From: Hydrolagus affinis
Taxonomy: Eukaryota
Assembly: GCA_012026655.1 (NCBI GenBank)
Contig: JAAILG010001457.1
Location: 1 to 64,000, forward strand
DNA: 64,000 bases
Reading direction: 5' to 3'
Both the position numbers and the translations under genes were made by a program. Shown piece by piece: positions 25,801-40,096 of the stretch; position 1 is the first letter of the stretch, and the number at the start of each line of letters is the position of its first letter. The notes beneath the pieces were generated by a model. That model worked only from the letters and a program-made list of their open reading frames with translations, was not told the DNA's origin and did not search any database.

Positions 25801-26656
25801 ATGCTATAAACCAATGTGGTAACCTTAACAAATTTTCAGTATATTTTACTCATGTTTCAGCCCACAAAATATCCAGTCAATTCACTTTACAGTGTATTCA
25901 GTAAAGTGCTTAGTGACATCTCGAAGATATGCTAAGGAGCTAAATCAAATGCAAAGAATATTATCATCATTATTATGTGATCTGTATAATGAAAAGTAAC
26001 TCAGCAAAAGACTATGATTTTTGTTACTCACTGTGAAAACATTGAGGTTAGGTATTTCTATGGAATAGTTGGATCACGTCATTTTCCATGATATTGTAAA
26101 ACTCTGAATCACAATTTGTTTTATCTCACATGGTGTGCAAGCTCAAACGAATATTTTCAAATATTTTGTTTCCATTATTCTTTGATGCAATGCATGGAAA
26201 TTAAAAATGTGGCAACCATTCCTTTCGCTGAAGTATCCTGGTGTGGAAGTCCTGCTTTAAAGTTCAAGCATAAATGAAATAAATCATAGAGCAATGCAGG
26301 TCTTCATTATTTATTCTGTTCGTGATAATGATCTCATATAAATCATGTGCTATTGCAGTCATTTCAGACTTGTAGCACAGTAGGATGCTTTTGTTTTTTC
26401 TCCTGCTGGTGATGAATTGACAATGATTTGCAGTAAGGCAATAGTCATAATTTCTGTCATCTGAGCTGCGTTTGTTCAGTTTAGCATTTCCAAATGTGTT
26501 TGTTCCGCTACATTGCCACTACAGGTTACAGCAAATCCTGCTAAGCACTGAGATATTTTGAGAACAAAACATCATCAAACACGTTTTCATCAAATGTAAG
26601 AATTATTCATTAAATTATAATAATTGTATTTTTGAGCTGGTAATAAAATTGTAGCT

Positions 26657-27125
26657 AACAACAACAACAACTTTGATTTATATAGTGCCCTCCACGCTGG
26701 ACGGCGTCTCAGAGCACTTCACAATAATGGATCCCAGGCCCGAGCCAGTGGAGGAGGAAAAAGGTGACCGAAGGCGCGGTTGAAAAGAAAGGTCTTCAGC
26801 TGAATCCTGAAACTAAGAAGAGAGGGTGTGAGGTGAAGGGAGTGAGCAAGAGAGTTCCAGAGTTTCGGGGCGTAGTGGCTGAAGGCATGGCTGCTAATAG
26901 TTGAGCAGAGGATTCAGGGGACAAGGAGGAAACCAGAAGCGGAGGAGTGAGGGCAAAGGGTGCTGTGTTGAGGAGAGAGGAGGTCAGAGAGGTAGGGGGG
27001 TGCAGAGGAGTGGAGAGACTTGAAAACAAGAGTAAGGATCTTGAAATTGATCCTCTCTGGGACAGGAGCCAGTGAAATCTGGCAAGGACTGGGGTAATCA
27101 GGGAATGAAGTTTGGTGTGTTTTGC
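26657..27125 (-). mobile_element. L2 3' fragment (tail type B)
   Basis: PVPERINFKILTLVFKSLHSSAPPYLSDLL; (AAC)n. Confidence 0.9.
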
Positions 27126-28796
27126 CCCCAAAAATCATTTTTGTCTTCCTTTTCAGCATGTATGTCAGGATCTCTCCATTACTGGCTAACAATTTCCCAA
27201 ATAAAATGCTCTTCCACCTCATGGCTGCTGGATATTGCCCTGTGCAAATTGACTGCTAGGTTTACAGTAAAATCCTGTAAAACCTTTTGAGACATTTCAA
27301 CAAAGTGATAATGAAATAAATAATATAATAATCCTTGCATTTGATTTGGCGCCTTATCATGTATTCAAGACATTAAAAAGTCTGACTATCTTTTTTGGAC
27401 AAAGGTATTATATCAAATACAAGATTTATAATTGATGTTTAGTTCTTAGATAGACTTTGTTCTTAGGCTCCCATGCCACCATCAGCCATATCAGCCTACT
27501 TGTGATGAACTGACTCCCTTTTCTCTGAAAACATAATTGCACCCTCATGACATTGATCCTGAGAATGCAGATGTAGCAGTGACTCTTGATATGTTGAAAT
27601 ATACTAAGAATATTTTGAATGGCTGTACATGTAGATTAGTGAAGTTAGTAATGAATATGTAGATCAAAGCACTTTAGAAATAGCCTATTTAGTGTTCCAA
27701 TTCGAAGCCCAGGCATAATTACATTCCAAAGATACTCTCCCAGTTATGCCCCTCCCACCCCATGCTAGGATTGCAGTGATGATCAGTTCATGTTTGGATC
27801 ACCAACTGTGGAGATATGGCTGTCATCCAATACACAGCTTGCCAAGTAATAAACAAAAATCACCAATGCCCTGCGGGCGCTAGATAGTTGGCTGCTATAT
27901 ACAGTTTTCCAGAAATAACCAGACTTAAACAATGGGGCAGCATTTGCAATCATTGTGAGCATCATTTGAAGAAAACAAATAAAATGGTTATGGACTGAAA
28001 GAAGACTGAGGTGTGATCAATGGGTCATGTATGTATATCCTCACAATGTATTCTATACATTTAATAAAATTACAAACTGAGAATTTTTTGTGTGACACGG
28101 AGGAACAATCTTGCAAAATAATTAACACCCATTGTACCCAGAGGAAGAATTCCTGTAGCTGAATTTGAAGACTGTTATTTCTATCGATGGTGATGATTTC
28201 CTTTGGGGGAAGAAAGCACTGTCTCGCATTGTTCAGTATTTTCTTTCCCTAAGCTATGTTTGTGCTTATTACAGAGGATTTTTCTTACAGAGTTTTGTCA
28301 GTGCATGTTGTACATATGACCTTCAAAAATGTATTTTACTTAAGTGTAATTTTCCAAACCACTAAATCACTGTTTTGAGGGTCAAACAACAGCACTCCAA
28401 GATATTACCTTGTGTGAAAGGAGTCACATAAATGTAAGTTTCTATGATGCATACATTCTTTCTTTAGAGCTCATACAATATTATAATATATGTTTCTTTT
28501 AAATGGATATAAATGCATACTAAGGAACTTAGGCTATTAACCAATATAAAAAAATGGTAAATATAATTAAAGAACCTAATTTAGTTACTAAAATGATTAA
28601 AAAAAAAACTGGAATGATATCAACCTCTATCTATGTTACGATTTGTTGAGAAATGTGAGAAAGCTAATTTAGCCATGATAGTAATTAGCATGAAAACTAA
28701 AATTGTAATCAAAAACATCAATTATTGACCGGCAACAGATGACAATAGAATGGTTGGGGTGAAGGATTTCAGCAGACCTCATTGCAGTTGTATGTT

Positions 28797-29130
28797 ATTA
28801 ATAACAATATTAATCCTTGCATTTGATATAGTGCTTTTTGACACTTTCTAAACATCTCAAAGCGCTTCACAGAATATACAGTAAAGTGAATTGATGGTAT
28901 ATTTTGTAGGTAAAACTTGGCAGCCAAGTGCGCTCAGCAGTGTCCCGGAAACAGTCATTGGTCAGTTAAAATTACCAATTTTTTTAAGGAACTATTATCC
29001 CTGGAAAAATAATTTGTCAATCAACTAACAACCAGGTTCTTACTTACTATTAGGTAAACAGATGTATGTGGGAAACTTCCCAACATTTCCCCCCTGCCGG
29101 AAATCAGGTCTCTCAAAATTCCACAAGCTC
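28797..29130 (-). mobile_element. tRNA-derived SINE (rearranged)
   Basis: SINE tail and body at 28797-29000, head remnant at ~29050-29130. Confidence 0.7.
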
Positions 29131-29873
29131 TTGCCACTGTTGTTTACATGACTGATGAGAAGGATTATTATTATTAATGGTGTTAGAGTGCTACTTGAAA
29201 GTATACTGACTGGCAGCTTCAGAAATAACAATTGGAGCTGCTAAAATCTTTGGGCTGTTTTCAGGCATAAGTGCTAATTATCACATCACATGTCACCAAG
29301 GATAATTATCACATCACAAGCAACTTTGCTTGAAAAAACATCTAGAACTAATGTGAAAAAGGTTTTCAATTGTTGACATTTGTCTAATTTAAAGTATGTT
29401 TCCTGTTGTTTACTGTGTGGGATGGAGAAAACAATCATGTGTATGGGTCAAGTGAATACTTTCTGGAAATTGAAATGATCAATTAGAATAATTGCAAGCG
29501 ATCACTAATTGTCTTAGTTGTCTGTCAACTTTCATGTTACGCTACAAGAACACATTGTTATACCAAATGAATCAGCTGTACTTCTGTTCTACTCACCTAA
29601 GTGCCAAATGACTTCTCTTTAGATTAGACCTTGTGATGTTTTACTACTTTTCCAACAACATACAAGTTCCTGGTTACAGAAGACTTGTCCACTGTTGGGG
29701 CAAATTCACGAGGGATATGAAGCAAGTCATATTTGCTCTGCAGATGAATCAGCCGGGGCATTATGTTTACAAAGGGTTGCATTGGTTGAATGGGGAAAGA
29801 ACATAGAGACTTTTAGTTGAGAAATTTAAAATGGATTCACTGGAGGATGAGCAGCCAAGGGAAATGAGTGTGG

Positions 29874-30199
29874 ATAATAAAATAATTCTTGCATTTGATA
29901 TAGTGCTTTTCAAACCTTATCGAAAAGCGCAGAATATACTATAAATTTAATTGACTGTATATATATGGGCGAAACAAGGCAGCCAATTGTGCTCAGCATT
30001 GTCTCACAAACATTCGTGGATTGAAATGACCAATTTTATTTATTTAAATTTTTTTATTATTGTTTTTCTTTGGAGGGATTATTATTAGGCATGTGGAGTA
30101 AGGAAACTTGTCCAAGGTTTCGCCTTGATCTGCCTTGATTTGAACACAGGTGTCATGCTTGAAAGGTGAGTGCTCTAACCACTGAGCTACAGGAGCTCC
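29874..30199 (-). mobile_element. full-length tRNA-derived SINE
   Basis: reverse complement begins GGAGCTCCTGTAGCTCAGTGGTTAGAGCACTC; B box GTTCAAATC. Confidence 0.9.
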
Positions 30200-30224
30200 A
30201 GGATAGGAATGATAGGCTTGCAGA

Positions 30225-31345
30225 AACTGGTATGGGACAGTAATCCACAGTACAATGACTGCGCTTGTGAAAGTCGCAAACAATGTCCTCTCTATCTGTG
30301 GAAAGGGCTCACTCTTCCTCCTCATCCTCCTGGACCTCTCCGCTGCATTGAAAACATTCAATGATGCCATCCTCCTCCCACTTGATTTGTGTCCTACCTC
30401 ACAAACCGCCAGCACTACATCTCTGCAAAGGGCTTTTCTTCTCACTTCTGCCCTGTCATCTGTGGTGTACCCCAAGGATCCACCCTTGGTCACCTTCTCA
30501 TCTTCATGCTCCGTCTCAGTGATGTCATCCGCAGCCTCAGGGTTAACTTCCATATCTATGCATATGACACCCAATTTTATATTTCCACCTCCAGTTGCGA
30601 CCTCCAGTAATCAGCACCGCTTTCATCCACCTCTATGCATTGCCTGTCTCTGCCAGTACCTCACCCCAATAGCTGCTGAAAACCTGGTCCATGCCTTTGT
30701 CACCTCTCGGATGGAGTACTCCAATGCTCTGCTCGCTGATCTCCCTTACTCCACCATCCACAAACAACAAAACAACAATAACAACATTACATTTATAGAG
30801 CGCCTTTCACGTCAAGAAGATATCCCAAGGTGTTGGTTCATACAATTCAGCTCACCCAAAATTCTGCCACTCATATTCTTACCCACACCAAACTTCATAC
30901 CCTGAGCACCCCAGTCCTTGCCACACTGCACTTGCTTCCTGTTACAGTGCAGATCAACTTCAAGATCCTCACTCTTGTGTTCAGATCCCTCCACTGCAAT
31001 CCCCTGCATCTTTAATCTTCTCTCATCGCACAGCAATGCCTGATGCTTCTGCTATACTGGGTCCAGCCTCCTCCTTGTCCCCCGAATCCTCTGCTCCATC
31101 ATTGCCAGCTGTGCTTTCAGCCATTATTCCCTGAAACTTTGGAACTCCCTCCTTTATCCTTTCACTTCACTCCCTCCTTTCCAATCCTCAGGTCTTGCAT
31201 GAAGACATTTTTCATCAACCATGCTTATTGCCACCTTACCCCACCCCCTGGCTCGCACTTAGGCTCTGCCATTGTGAAGTGCTCCGAGATGCCACCCGGA
31301 GTGGAGGGCGCTACATCAATGCAATTTGTTGCTGTTGTTGTTGTA
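30225..31345 (+). mobile_element. L2 RT and 3' end, decayed, with an antisense L2 tail inserted at ~30762-30832
   Basis: TALVKVAN..LLILLDLSAA, SYLTNRQH, CGVPQGSTLG, FHIYAYDTQFY, LVHAFVTSRMEYSNALL. Confidence 0.92.
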
Positions 31346-32629
31346 GTTCTCTGGCTGCAGAGTTCTTGATGTTCTGAACAATTCTGTGTGGCCTGCAGCT
31401 TTTATAGAGATGAGGTGGAGGAACCCATGAGCGTGGCATTTTAATATTCAAATGTAAATGTAATGAAAGTGTCTGAGGTTTGATGGCAAAGTTCAGGGCA
31501 GAGGTGGATGATATTGTGGTGAGACAAATCCCAGTGAGTGAGAGTCTGGATGCAGGGATTTAACTATAGCTGGGTTCAAAACTTAGATAAAGTTTCTTAT
31601 TTTTATCAGTGGAGTAACCATCCCATTGGTCAATGCAATTGTAGGCTGAGTTGAGAAGGAGCTGACAGCAACCAAGCAGGATAGCCTTCGTTTTGTTGAC
31701 ATGTAGGTGAAGAAAGTTCAAACTTACAATAATAATAATCCTTGCAGATGATCATCCACTGTCAATGGTTCGATTTCTTCAATAGTCAAACATCTAATGA
31801 GAAACCTTCTTGGGAAGGTCTCTTTGGGCGTGTGGTGTCTCCAAGGTAAAACGCCTGCTATTGCAACATCAGAACTGAGTCAGTCCTCTATAGCAATTTC
31901 TGATGTCTGACATCTGAGCTAAGTAGATAGGCACTGTAAATTGCAGACCTTGTTGGCAGATTATAAAGGAACAGATAAGTAATTGAGAATTTGTGATTCA
32001 TCCATTCTTCCTACTTAGCTCCAGATAACCCTGCAAATGGGGTGGTCATACTGGAAAATGTAACAGCAATCTGCAATGGCAAGCCACTCAGTTTTAGCAA
32101 GTTGAATTTCAATTGTATCACAATGTAAATTCTGGAATTCGCATTCCATAACTGTTGCCAACTTGTCTAGGTAATCAGGAAGCATCCCTCTCAACAATAT
32201 CATGTGTGCTCTATTCAGACAAATAGAAACCATATATAAACTGAATTCACCACAGTTTGATTTGCAGGCTCTTATGAATTGTGATAAATGTGCCTGGGTC
32301 AGCCATCCAGCTGACCAAAAAAAAATAACTTTCCACTTGGTTAGTAATGTCTGATCATATGAGACGCATATTCTCTTGATAAAAAGACAGATTTTCCATT
32401 ATATTAACATCATTGATTTATTTTTCTTCCTGTGTTTGTTCAAGCATGTATTTAGACAATATTGTCTGTAAATCCCTATGTATTCTATGAAACATAGGGT
32501 AGTTCACCAACAAGCATTTCTTGCTAACTGTTCAATGCATACCATATAAAAATAAATATAAAATAAATATGTAATGTACATTGGTTCTTCATTATGGCAA
32601 TAACTTGTATTTTCCCATATTATCTGTGA

Positions 32630-32945
32630 TAATAATAATCCTTACATTCTTTGACATCAGGATGCCTCAAAGTGCTTCCCAGATTATACTGTAAAGTTTA
32701 GTGACTGTATTTTGTAGGCAAACATGACGCCAATCAGTCCACCTGAACAGGCAGGACCTTGGTTTAATGTCTCATCCAAAGGACAGCACCTCCATCAAAA
32801 CAACATAGTCACAGCAGTGCACTGGTATATCAGATAAGTCTGTGAGTTCCAAGCTTTTAGCCTTGGCTTAAGATCATGGCATTGACAAGGACTTAAACCC
32901 ACAGCCTTCTTACGAAGAGGCAAGAATGTTATCCACTGAGCTAGA
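32630..32945 (-). mobile_element. Deu-domain SINE
   Basis: caggaccttggtttaatgtctcatccaaaggacagcacctcc is the reverse complement of the Deu core; head ...atccactgagcta. Confidence 0.8.
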
Positions 32946-33079
32946 CTGACATACAATGCTTTCAATGTTGGAAAATAGCACAAAAGAAGTTTACAACATT
33001 TTAAAGAAGGCACATAATATGTACGAGCTATAGCCATTGCAGCTACGTTTGCAATCAAAGGATCTAAAATGGAATATAC

Positions 33080-33560
33080 AACTTACATTTATTTAGCACA
33101 CTCCACATCAGACAGCATCTCAAAGTGCTTCACAATAGCGGAGCCGCGGGAGGTGGGGAAGGGAGGAGGAGCCCGTAGGCACGGTCGAACAGAAAGGTCT
33201 TCAGCCGTGACCTGAAAATGATAATGAAGGGGATGAGGCAAAAGGATTGAGGAAGGGAGTTCCAGAGTTTTGGTGTGTAGTGGCTGAAGGCTGGGCTGCT
33301 GATGATGGAGCACAGTATTCGGGGGACCAGGAGGAGGCCAGCCACAGTAGAGTGGAGGCAGCGGGTACTGCTGTGAGGAGAGGAGATTAAAGATGTACGG
33401 GAGTGCAGAGAAGTGGAGGGATTTAAATACAAGAGTCAGGATCTTGACGTTAATCCGCATGGTGACAGGGAGCCAGTGAAGTCTAGCAAGGACCAGGCTA
33501 ATTGGGGAGCGAAATTTGGTTCAGGTGAGAATGCGGGTGGTGAGTTCTATAGAGCTGGAT
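33080..33560 (-). mobile_element. L2 3' fragment (tail type B)
   Basis: RINVKILTLVFKSLH..ALPY; AFSHYTPKLWNSLP. Confidence 0.88.
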
Positions 33561-33639
33561 TTTGTGAAAGGTGGCGGAGGGGTGACCAAGGAGGGCATTG
33601 GATTATTCAGACAACAAACAGATATTTTGTTTAGACATT

Positions 33640-36428
33640 GTACTCAGCTGGGATCACTCCTGTGGGAGGAGTCGTTTTCACTATCAGTCTCTCCACCCCC
33701 TCGTTCCCCATCTCCTCATTCCCACATTTCATTGCAAACTGCCCCCTCCACATTGGCCTACAAAATGTCCACTCACTCTCCAACAAAACACTCACCATAC
33801 AAGATCTCAATGTCGACAAAAACATCGACATTCTCGCCCTCACTGAAACCTGAGTTATTCAAACTGACACCATTCCCCCTAACAGAGATCACACCAACTG
33901 GCGACACCTTCCATCATACCCTACAATCTAACTACCATGGTGGTGGTGTGGCTCTCATCTCCCAGTATCCGCTCGTCTTATCCCCTTACCCTTTGGAAAC
34001 TTACCCTCCTTTGAGCGTCTTACTCTTTATCACCACTCCAACCTTTCCCTCAAAATTCTCTTTACCTATCAACCCCCAAGTCCTCCCTCATTTTCCTCCC
34101 TAATATCTCCATCCTCCTATCTTCCCTCTCCCTCTGCTCTGAAAGCCTTGTCATCCTAGGCAACCACAACCTTCACTTAACCCCCTTCTGCTCTATCTCT
34201 GCTGACTTTCTCCTTGCTCCACCTCTCCCTCCACATCCACTCTTACCCACATATGCGGTTACATCCTCGACCTGGTGATCATTCGGGGCCTCACTGTCTC
34301 GAACACCACCATCACCGACAAAGCCATTTCAAACCATCACTACATCTTCCTTACTCCTCATTGCTTCTCTTATCGCCACCCAACCCTCATCTACTACCGC
34401 CCCTCAAAAACAATCTCTCCCCACCTCCCTCTCTGCTGCCTTGGAATCATTCAAACTCCTCCCCCTCTGGGCTTCCTCCCGCAAAAACCTATCCTCCTCA
34501 GTCACCCTTTTCCACAACTCCATCTCTGCTACTCTTGATTCCCTTGGTCCTCTTAATTCTGGTACCACCTTCATTTTATGTAACTCACCATGATACCCCA
34601 GCCAACTCTGCTCCCTTAAAGCACAGATATGTGCCGCTAAACTAACCTTGCTTAAATCACACTTAACAACAACTACAACAAAATTACACTTGTATAGTAC
34701 CTTATGGTCAGGAGGATGTCCCAAGGTGCTAGTCCATTGGCAGATCTGGCTGGACTTATCAAATCCTATCTTTCACTGTTGCCTCTGCTTAATAGTTGTT
34801 CTCACTCTGTGAGGTCAAGGACAACTCCAGGCTCCTCTTCGCCATCATCAACCGGCTACTCCACCCACCCTCTCACAACTCACCCATCCTCACCTCCAAT
34901 GTCAACTGCGAGGCGGCAATACTGGAATTATTTGAATTCAAAGTCAATGGGATCTGGTCAGCTGCCTCTACCCTTCCATCTGCTACCCTCTTTCAATCTC
35001 CCACTCACACCCTAGCCCCTAACCATTGCTCCCTCCACATCTTCAAACCTGTCTCCCATTCCTGTCTCTTCATCACCATAACCTGCATGACACTGACTAC
35101 CTACTCACTCGACCCCATCTCTACGCCTCTCCTTACCTTCCAGCTTCACCTCCTTGCCCCTCTACTCACATACATCACAAACCTTTGCCTGTTCACTGGC
35201 ACTATTCCCACTCCTTTACAAATGGTAATTGTCACTTTCTTTCTTAAAAACAACCCTCCCTGGACACATTCCTACTGTCAATTTACCGCCACATCTCCAA
35301 CCTCCCTTTCCACTCTAAGGTTCTGGAACAAATTGTTGCTTCTCAGCTTCAATCCTTCCTCTCCCACCAGTTGCTTCACAAATTCCTCCAATCGAGTTTC
35401 TGTGCCAAATAACATTCTATAGATCTGTGATCAGAATTCCTTCTGACTCCTCATTCACCTAGATCACTCTGCTGTATTGAACACCGTTGATTATTCTATC
35501 CTCATCCACCACTTCTCGTCTGACCTCAACCTTCATGGTTCTGTCCTTGAATGATTTATGTCCACAAATGGTTTCTCCTCTAGCATCTGCAGCAACCCAT
35601 GCAGCGTTCCTCAGGTCTCTATGTTTGGATCCATCCTCTTCAAAATCTGGATGTTCCCACTTGGTGGCATCATCCGCAGATATGATGTCAACTTCCACAT
35701 ATATGAGTATGAGACCCAACTGTATCTTTTTGCCTCCACCCTTGAATAAAGGACTACTGTTGGTAGACATCAATTCCTGTAGATGCCACCTCTGACCCAT
35801 TGGCTGGCTCTGCCTCTGTCTCACACCATAGGCTGCCTAAATTCTCATACATGCATTCATAACATCCAGACTCCACAAACTCCTCACTCCATAGATTGCA
35901 GTTCATTCGAAACTTTGCAACAACCTGTGTCCTCTCCCACACTAGCCTCAATGATAATATCAAACCCACCCTTGCCTGACTACATTGGCATCCCATCATA
36001 CAGAGGATACATTTGAAGATCATGGTCCTCACCATCAAAGCCCTCCATAACCTCCCTTTCCCCAACCTTTGCAACCATCCAACCCACTACCAACCTGCCG
36101 ACTCACTCTATGCAGCAGCCTCCAGCCTGCATCACATCCCCAGCTTCACCCACTTCAGCATTGATGGGTGGACCTTCAGCCACGTGCTCCCAATCTCTGG
36201 AACTCCATCCCACAGGCCCTCCACCTCAGTGCTTCCCTTGCCTCATTCAAGATCCACCTTAAAGGCTTCAACTTCAAACATGAAGTTGCTTTTGGTCAAT
36301 TTCCTATTCCCCTTTGCTCCACCCATCCCAATAGGTACCCACAGCTCAGTTCCAAAATACTATTCAGCTCCTTGGGACATCCTCTCGATTTAAAAGGCAC
36401 TATATAAATGTAGCTTTGTTGTTGTTGA
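33640..36428 (+). mobile_element. near-complete but decayed L2 ORF2 (APE endonuclease and RT) with 3' end
   Basis: GLQNVHSLSNK...IDILALTET, GGGVALI, ILGNHNLH, LDLVI, SLDPIST.LL, VPQVSMFGS, FHIYEYETQLY, APNLWNSIP; many frameshifts and stops; antisense L2 tail inserted at ~34665-34730. Confidence 0.92.
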
Positions 36429-37979
36429 TTATGGTTCCGCAGAGAACAGGACATCCAAATTATGTCTATTATAAGAAATATAGTATTCTAGAAAGTACAT
36501 TAAAACTTTTATTATGTATATATTGTGACAATTAAACATGAAAGCCAGGTTCTACAATTGCCTTCAAGTAACATGCTTATCATTTTTGCTATCATTGATA
36601 TCTCGTCATTCTGTTGGGTAATGTTTTTTTTACAAACTAACTATTAGTATTTAAAACATTACATGTTGAAGTGTGATGATCTAACTCACATCTACTAAAA
36701 TAATCTGTGCTTGTAGCAAATTTTCAACTTTGAAATCCAGGTTTGAAAAACATTTAATATGAAACATTTATGAGCCCACAAATTGTCTTTATCTGGAATT
36801 CCAATGGTATGATTGTTGAAATACCATTAATTCCCCATGAATTTAAGATTTAAATGAAATTTGGCACCTCCAACAATGTAGCACAGCCCCAGCAATGCAT
36901 TGGAATACAACCTAGACTTTTAAGTTCAAGATCCCAATGTGGAACTGATGATAACCATAATCATTATATTGCACAGGGCATTGCAATTGTAGTATAATCC
37001 TCCCTGGAGAATCACAGCTGTAAACTCTCTTTGATGGATTTGCAACTGCTGATTACGTATGAACAGTCCAATTTAACTTTCAACAATTTTGCTGACCATT
37101 CACTGCCCTGTTGCTATGTTACCAGCAGCAATTTGAAAGCATGTCAAAGGGACACCAGAATTATGGTTCACATAATTACCCATAGAAATCCATAAGGCAT
37201 AATAGTCTTGGATTACTTGTAAGATTACTTACATTGCGAGCAAAACAGGGAAATTTAGCACCCACAATTCCAACTAGTTACAACACATTCTTCGATAATT
37301 TGCATTTTAATCGTTTTGCTTGTCCACCTGCTTTTATCTACAGACATATAATCTATACATGCTTATAACAAACATTCAGTTCAGATTCCATTAAGGGAAA
37401 GAACACTCAGCAGAATAGTTTCTTCGGTTAGGCCATGAGTTTACATATAGGGCAATTTTGAATCCTGCAGCATTAAATCGCAGAACCTTTTATTATTCAC
37501 TGTGTGCTGCAGTGGAATAGGCTGGATTCAGTTGCGGGAAATTAATTTTCAAATGTCTCCAACATAAACCTTCCCGTGTTGGAATGGCTGTAGAAACTTC
37601 AAAATACGGTAAATCCTTACAGAGGTTAATCTTATCTCATGCAACAAAACTCACAATAAATATACTCAGAGTTTGGTCCAAAATGAGAAAGCGTCACTTC
37701 CACATCGGGGTCTAAAATGCAGATTGGATTAGCATACAATGTTTACAAACTTTTTACAATAGCTTTCAATAAGATGGTGTTTGACTCATGCTAAACACTC
37801 AGGCATTGACTGCCTCAACCTACACTTAGGTTTGTTCTCCTAACTGGAGATGGTGCAGCAACTCAAATGTTTTGTTCAGCCTCCAGTTGCCAGTCAAACT
37901 CTACACCTGACTTCTCACTCGCTTGGCTTTCTCTTACCTCCACAACGTTACACTTCCTGGGCTGTTGAAATTCTTATGC

Positions 37980-38136
37980 TGACTGTTTGCGAGACAATGC
38001 TGTGCCCAATTGGCTGCTATATTTTGCCCACAAATATACAGTCAATTCACTTTACAGTATATTCTGTGAAGCACTTTGAGACGTCCAGAAGTCGTGAAAA
38101 GCACCGTATCAAATATAAGGATTATTATTATTATTA
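37980..38136 (+). mobile_element. SINE 3' half
   Basis: matches SINE body and tail, ends (TTA)5. Confidence 0.85.
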
Positions 38137-39839
38137 AATAATATAGCATAACAGATGATTTGTTTAGCAACTTGCATTGGCTCCATTTATACAGAAGTAT
38201 GAATCACTTTTCCAGTGAAACACTTCAGATTCACACAGTCTAAGATATAAATGCACATCCTCTCAAAGTATGTTTCAACATACAGAAGTACATAGAAGTT
38301 CAACAGATATTAAAATGTAATGTTTGGACATTTAAATACTCATACCTTTATTGTAATAAAAATAGCTTCAATTTAAAAAAAATTCTTCCTACGAATTGCT
38401 GCACTTAAACCAAACCTTGCATTAAGTATCATATCTTTGTTACAAAGAGATCATAGATTCTTCTGAGATAATGTTCCTGGACTGAAATAAAATATAGGTA
38501 AATCAAGTTTTTTTGTTTACATGCAAGCTGATTTCATTATACTAAACTGAAAAACAAGTAATAATGGCCTTTCATTTTATCAGTATTTCGTAAGGTTGAA
38601 TATTTCATAGTGTCTTCTCAACTGCATAGATTGTTTATACATCATTAGTGTAATTGCACACATGAGCCCTGTTCATGGATTCATAGCTGCACATTTAAGC
38701 AATTTCATTTTTCCATTAATCACTGATCAATTTGCAAGTCTAAAACAGCTTATTAGATCTCCTCTCTAGATCTGAGCATCTCTTTGATTACAAGAAACAT
38801 CTGCCTACCTGTTGGGTCACAACATCACAGTGCCACAGCACAAAGTTTAATTTTCATCTCTGTAGAACAATGTTATACATCCTAATACTGTATATATTAC
38901 AGATGCAACAATATATTTCAAATAGTTTCATTAAACATGAAGCATAAATTGTGATTTTGATAGAACTCATTCCTTTTTAATGATGTATTTTTTTTCTCAG
39001 CTGAGTGTCTGACACATGAGGAAACCATCATGATGCTTAAGAGCATCGAAACCAGATTGAGAGTTTAATTTATCCCACCGCAACATTGAAATTCACCTGT
39101 GTTGGAATGGAATGCATACCTCTCCTCTTGGAAAGACACAACCTGCTTACCTAATTCTACAGAGTATTAGGAGCAGATGGCAAAAGTCTGATCAATCACT
39201 AATGTATAAACACCTATTGCACATGAAATATGTTGTTTACTGTATAAACCAGAAACAAGGCGCATATTGATTGAAATTGCATAGTAGTACTAAGTCATTG
39301 ATATACAGTTCAGATGGTGTAAAGACAAGGTAATGGCATACATTTTATTGAAAGCATTGATTTTATATTGGTCCTTTTTTTAAATACAGGTAGACCCTGC
39401 TTCACGAAGGGGTTAGGGACTTTAAAACCCTTTGTTAAGCGAACATTTCGTTAAGCGAGAGTTTAACTGTATTACTGTGTTTGGCCGCAGTCAAAATGCC
39501 ACCTGGACCCGAGCCTCCCCGCTAACATCAGTTTAGTTCCTAGCGCTAACATTTTCGGTGTACAGGTTGAGCAGCCAAAATCCGGATTTCCGGAATCCAG
39601 AATGTGACAAAAATTGCAAGAATAAAAACGTGAATCCTACCTCTTGCAGGCCAGGTTTTCACAGTCACCACACTGAAATATCACAATCTGGACCCAGGCA
39701 TTTCCAGACACATGACGCACTTCTTTCTTCCTTCCCCCCTCTCCTTCTCTCTACCCATCCCCCCTCCTCTCTTTCTCTCTACCCCCACTCCTCTCTATCT
39801 CTCTATCCCCCCACCCTTCTCTCTTTCTCTCTATCCCCC

Positions 39840-39939
39840 NNNNNNNNNNNNNNNNNNNNNNNNNNNNNNNNNNNNNNNNNNNNNNNNNNNNNNNNNNNNN
39901 NNNNNNNNNNNNNNNNNNNNNNNNNNNNNNNNNNNNNNN
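39840..39939. other. assembly gap (100 N) after a CT-rich microsatellite
   Basis: direct reading. Confidence 1.
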
Positions 39940-40048
39940 ATTACTATTATTGAAGCCACAAAGCATCCTGCAGCTTAAGCTCCTCCCATATGGGAGGGGC
40001 TGCTCCGCACTTCTAAAGACCGAGCGTATGTTGCTGGGGCAACCGGAA

Positions 40049-40096
40049 AGAAGCTGCGCACGAGAAGCTGCGCACGAGAAGCTGCGCACGAGAAGC
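40049..40096. repeat. 14-bp tandem repeat AGAAGCTGCGCACG x3.4
   Basis: direct reading. Confidence 0.95.

Noticed and set aside
28137-28202. Minus-strand exon candidate EIITIDRNNSLQIQLQEFFLW after ttcttcccccaaag
   Set aside because: Weak donor and no recognisable protein similarity
29275-29318. Short local duplications (here TAATTATCACATCACA x2; also ~44620 and ~47043)
   Set aside because: Ordinary slippage-type duplications with no further structure
30255-30905. Longest ORF (216 aa) as a host gene
   Set aside because: Frameshifted patchwork of L2 RT, with an inserted antisense tail giving the poly-N run
32015-32233. 72-aa minus ORF in unique DNA
   Set aside because: No recognisable domain or splice support; length expected by chance
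40049-40096. CRISPR-like array
   Set aside because: Simple tandem repeat without spacers in eukaryotic DNA
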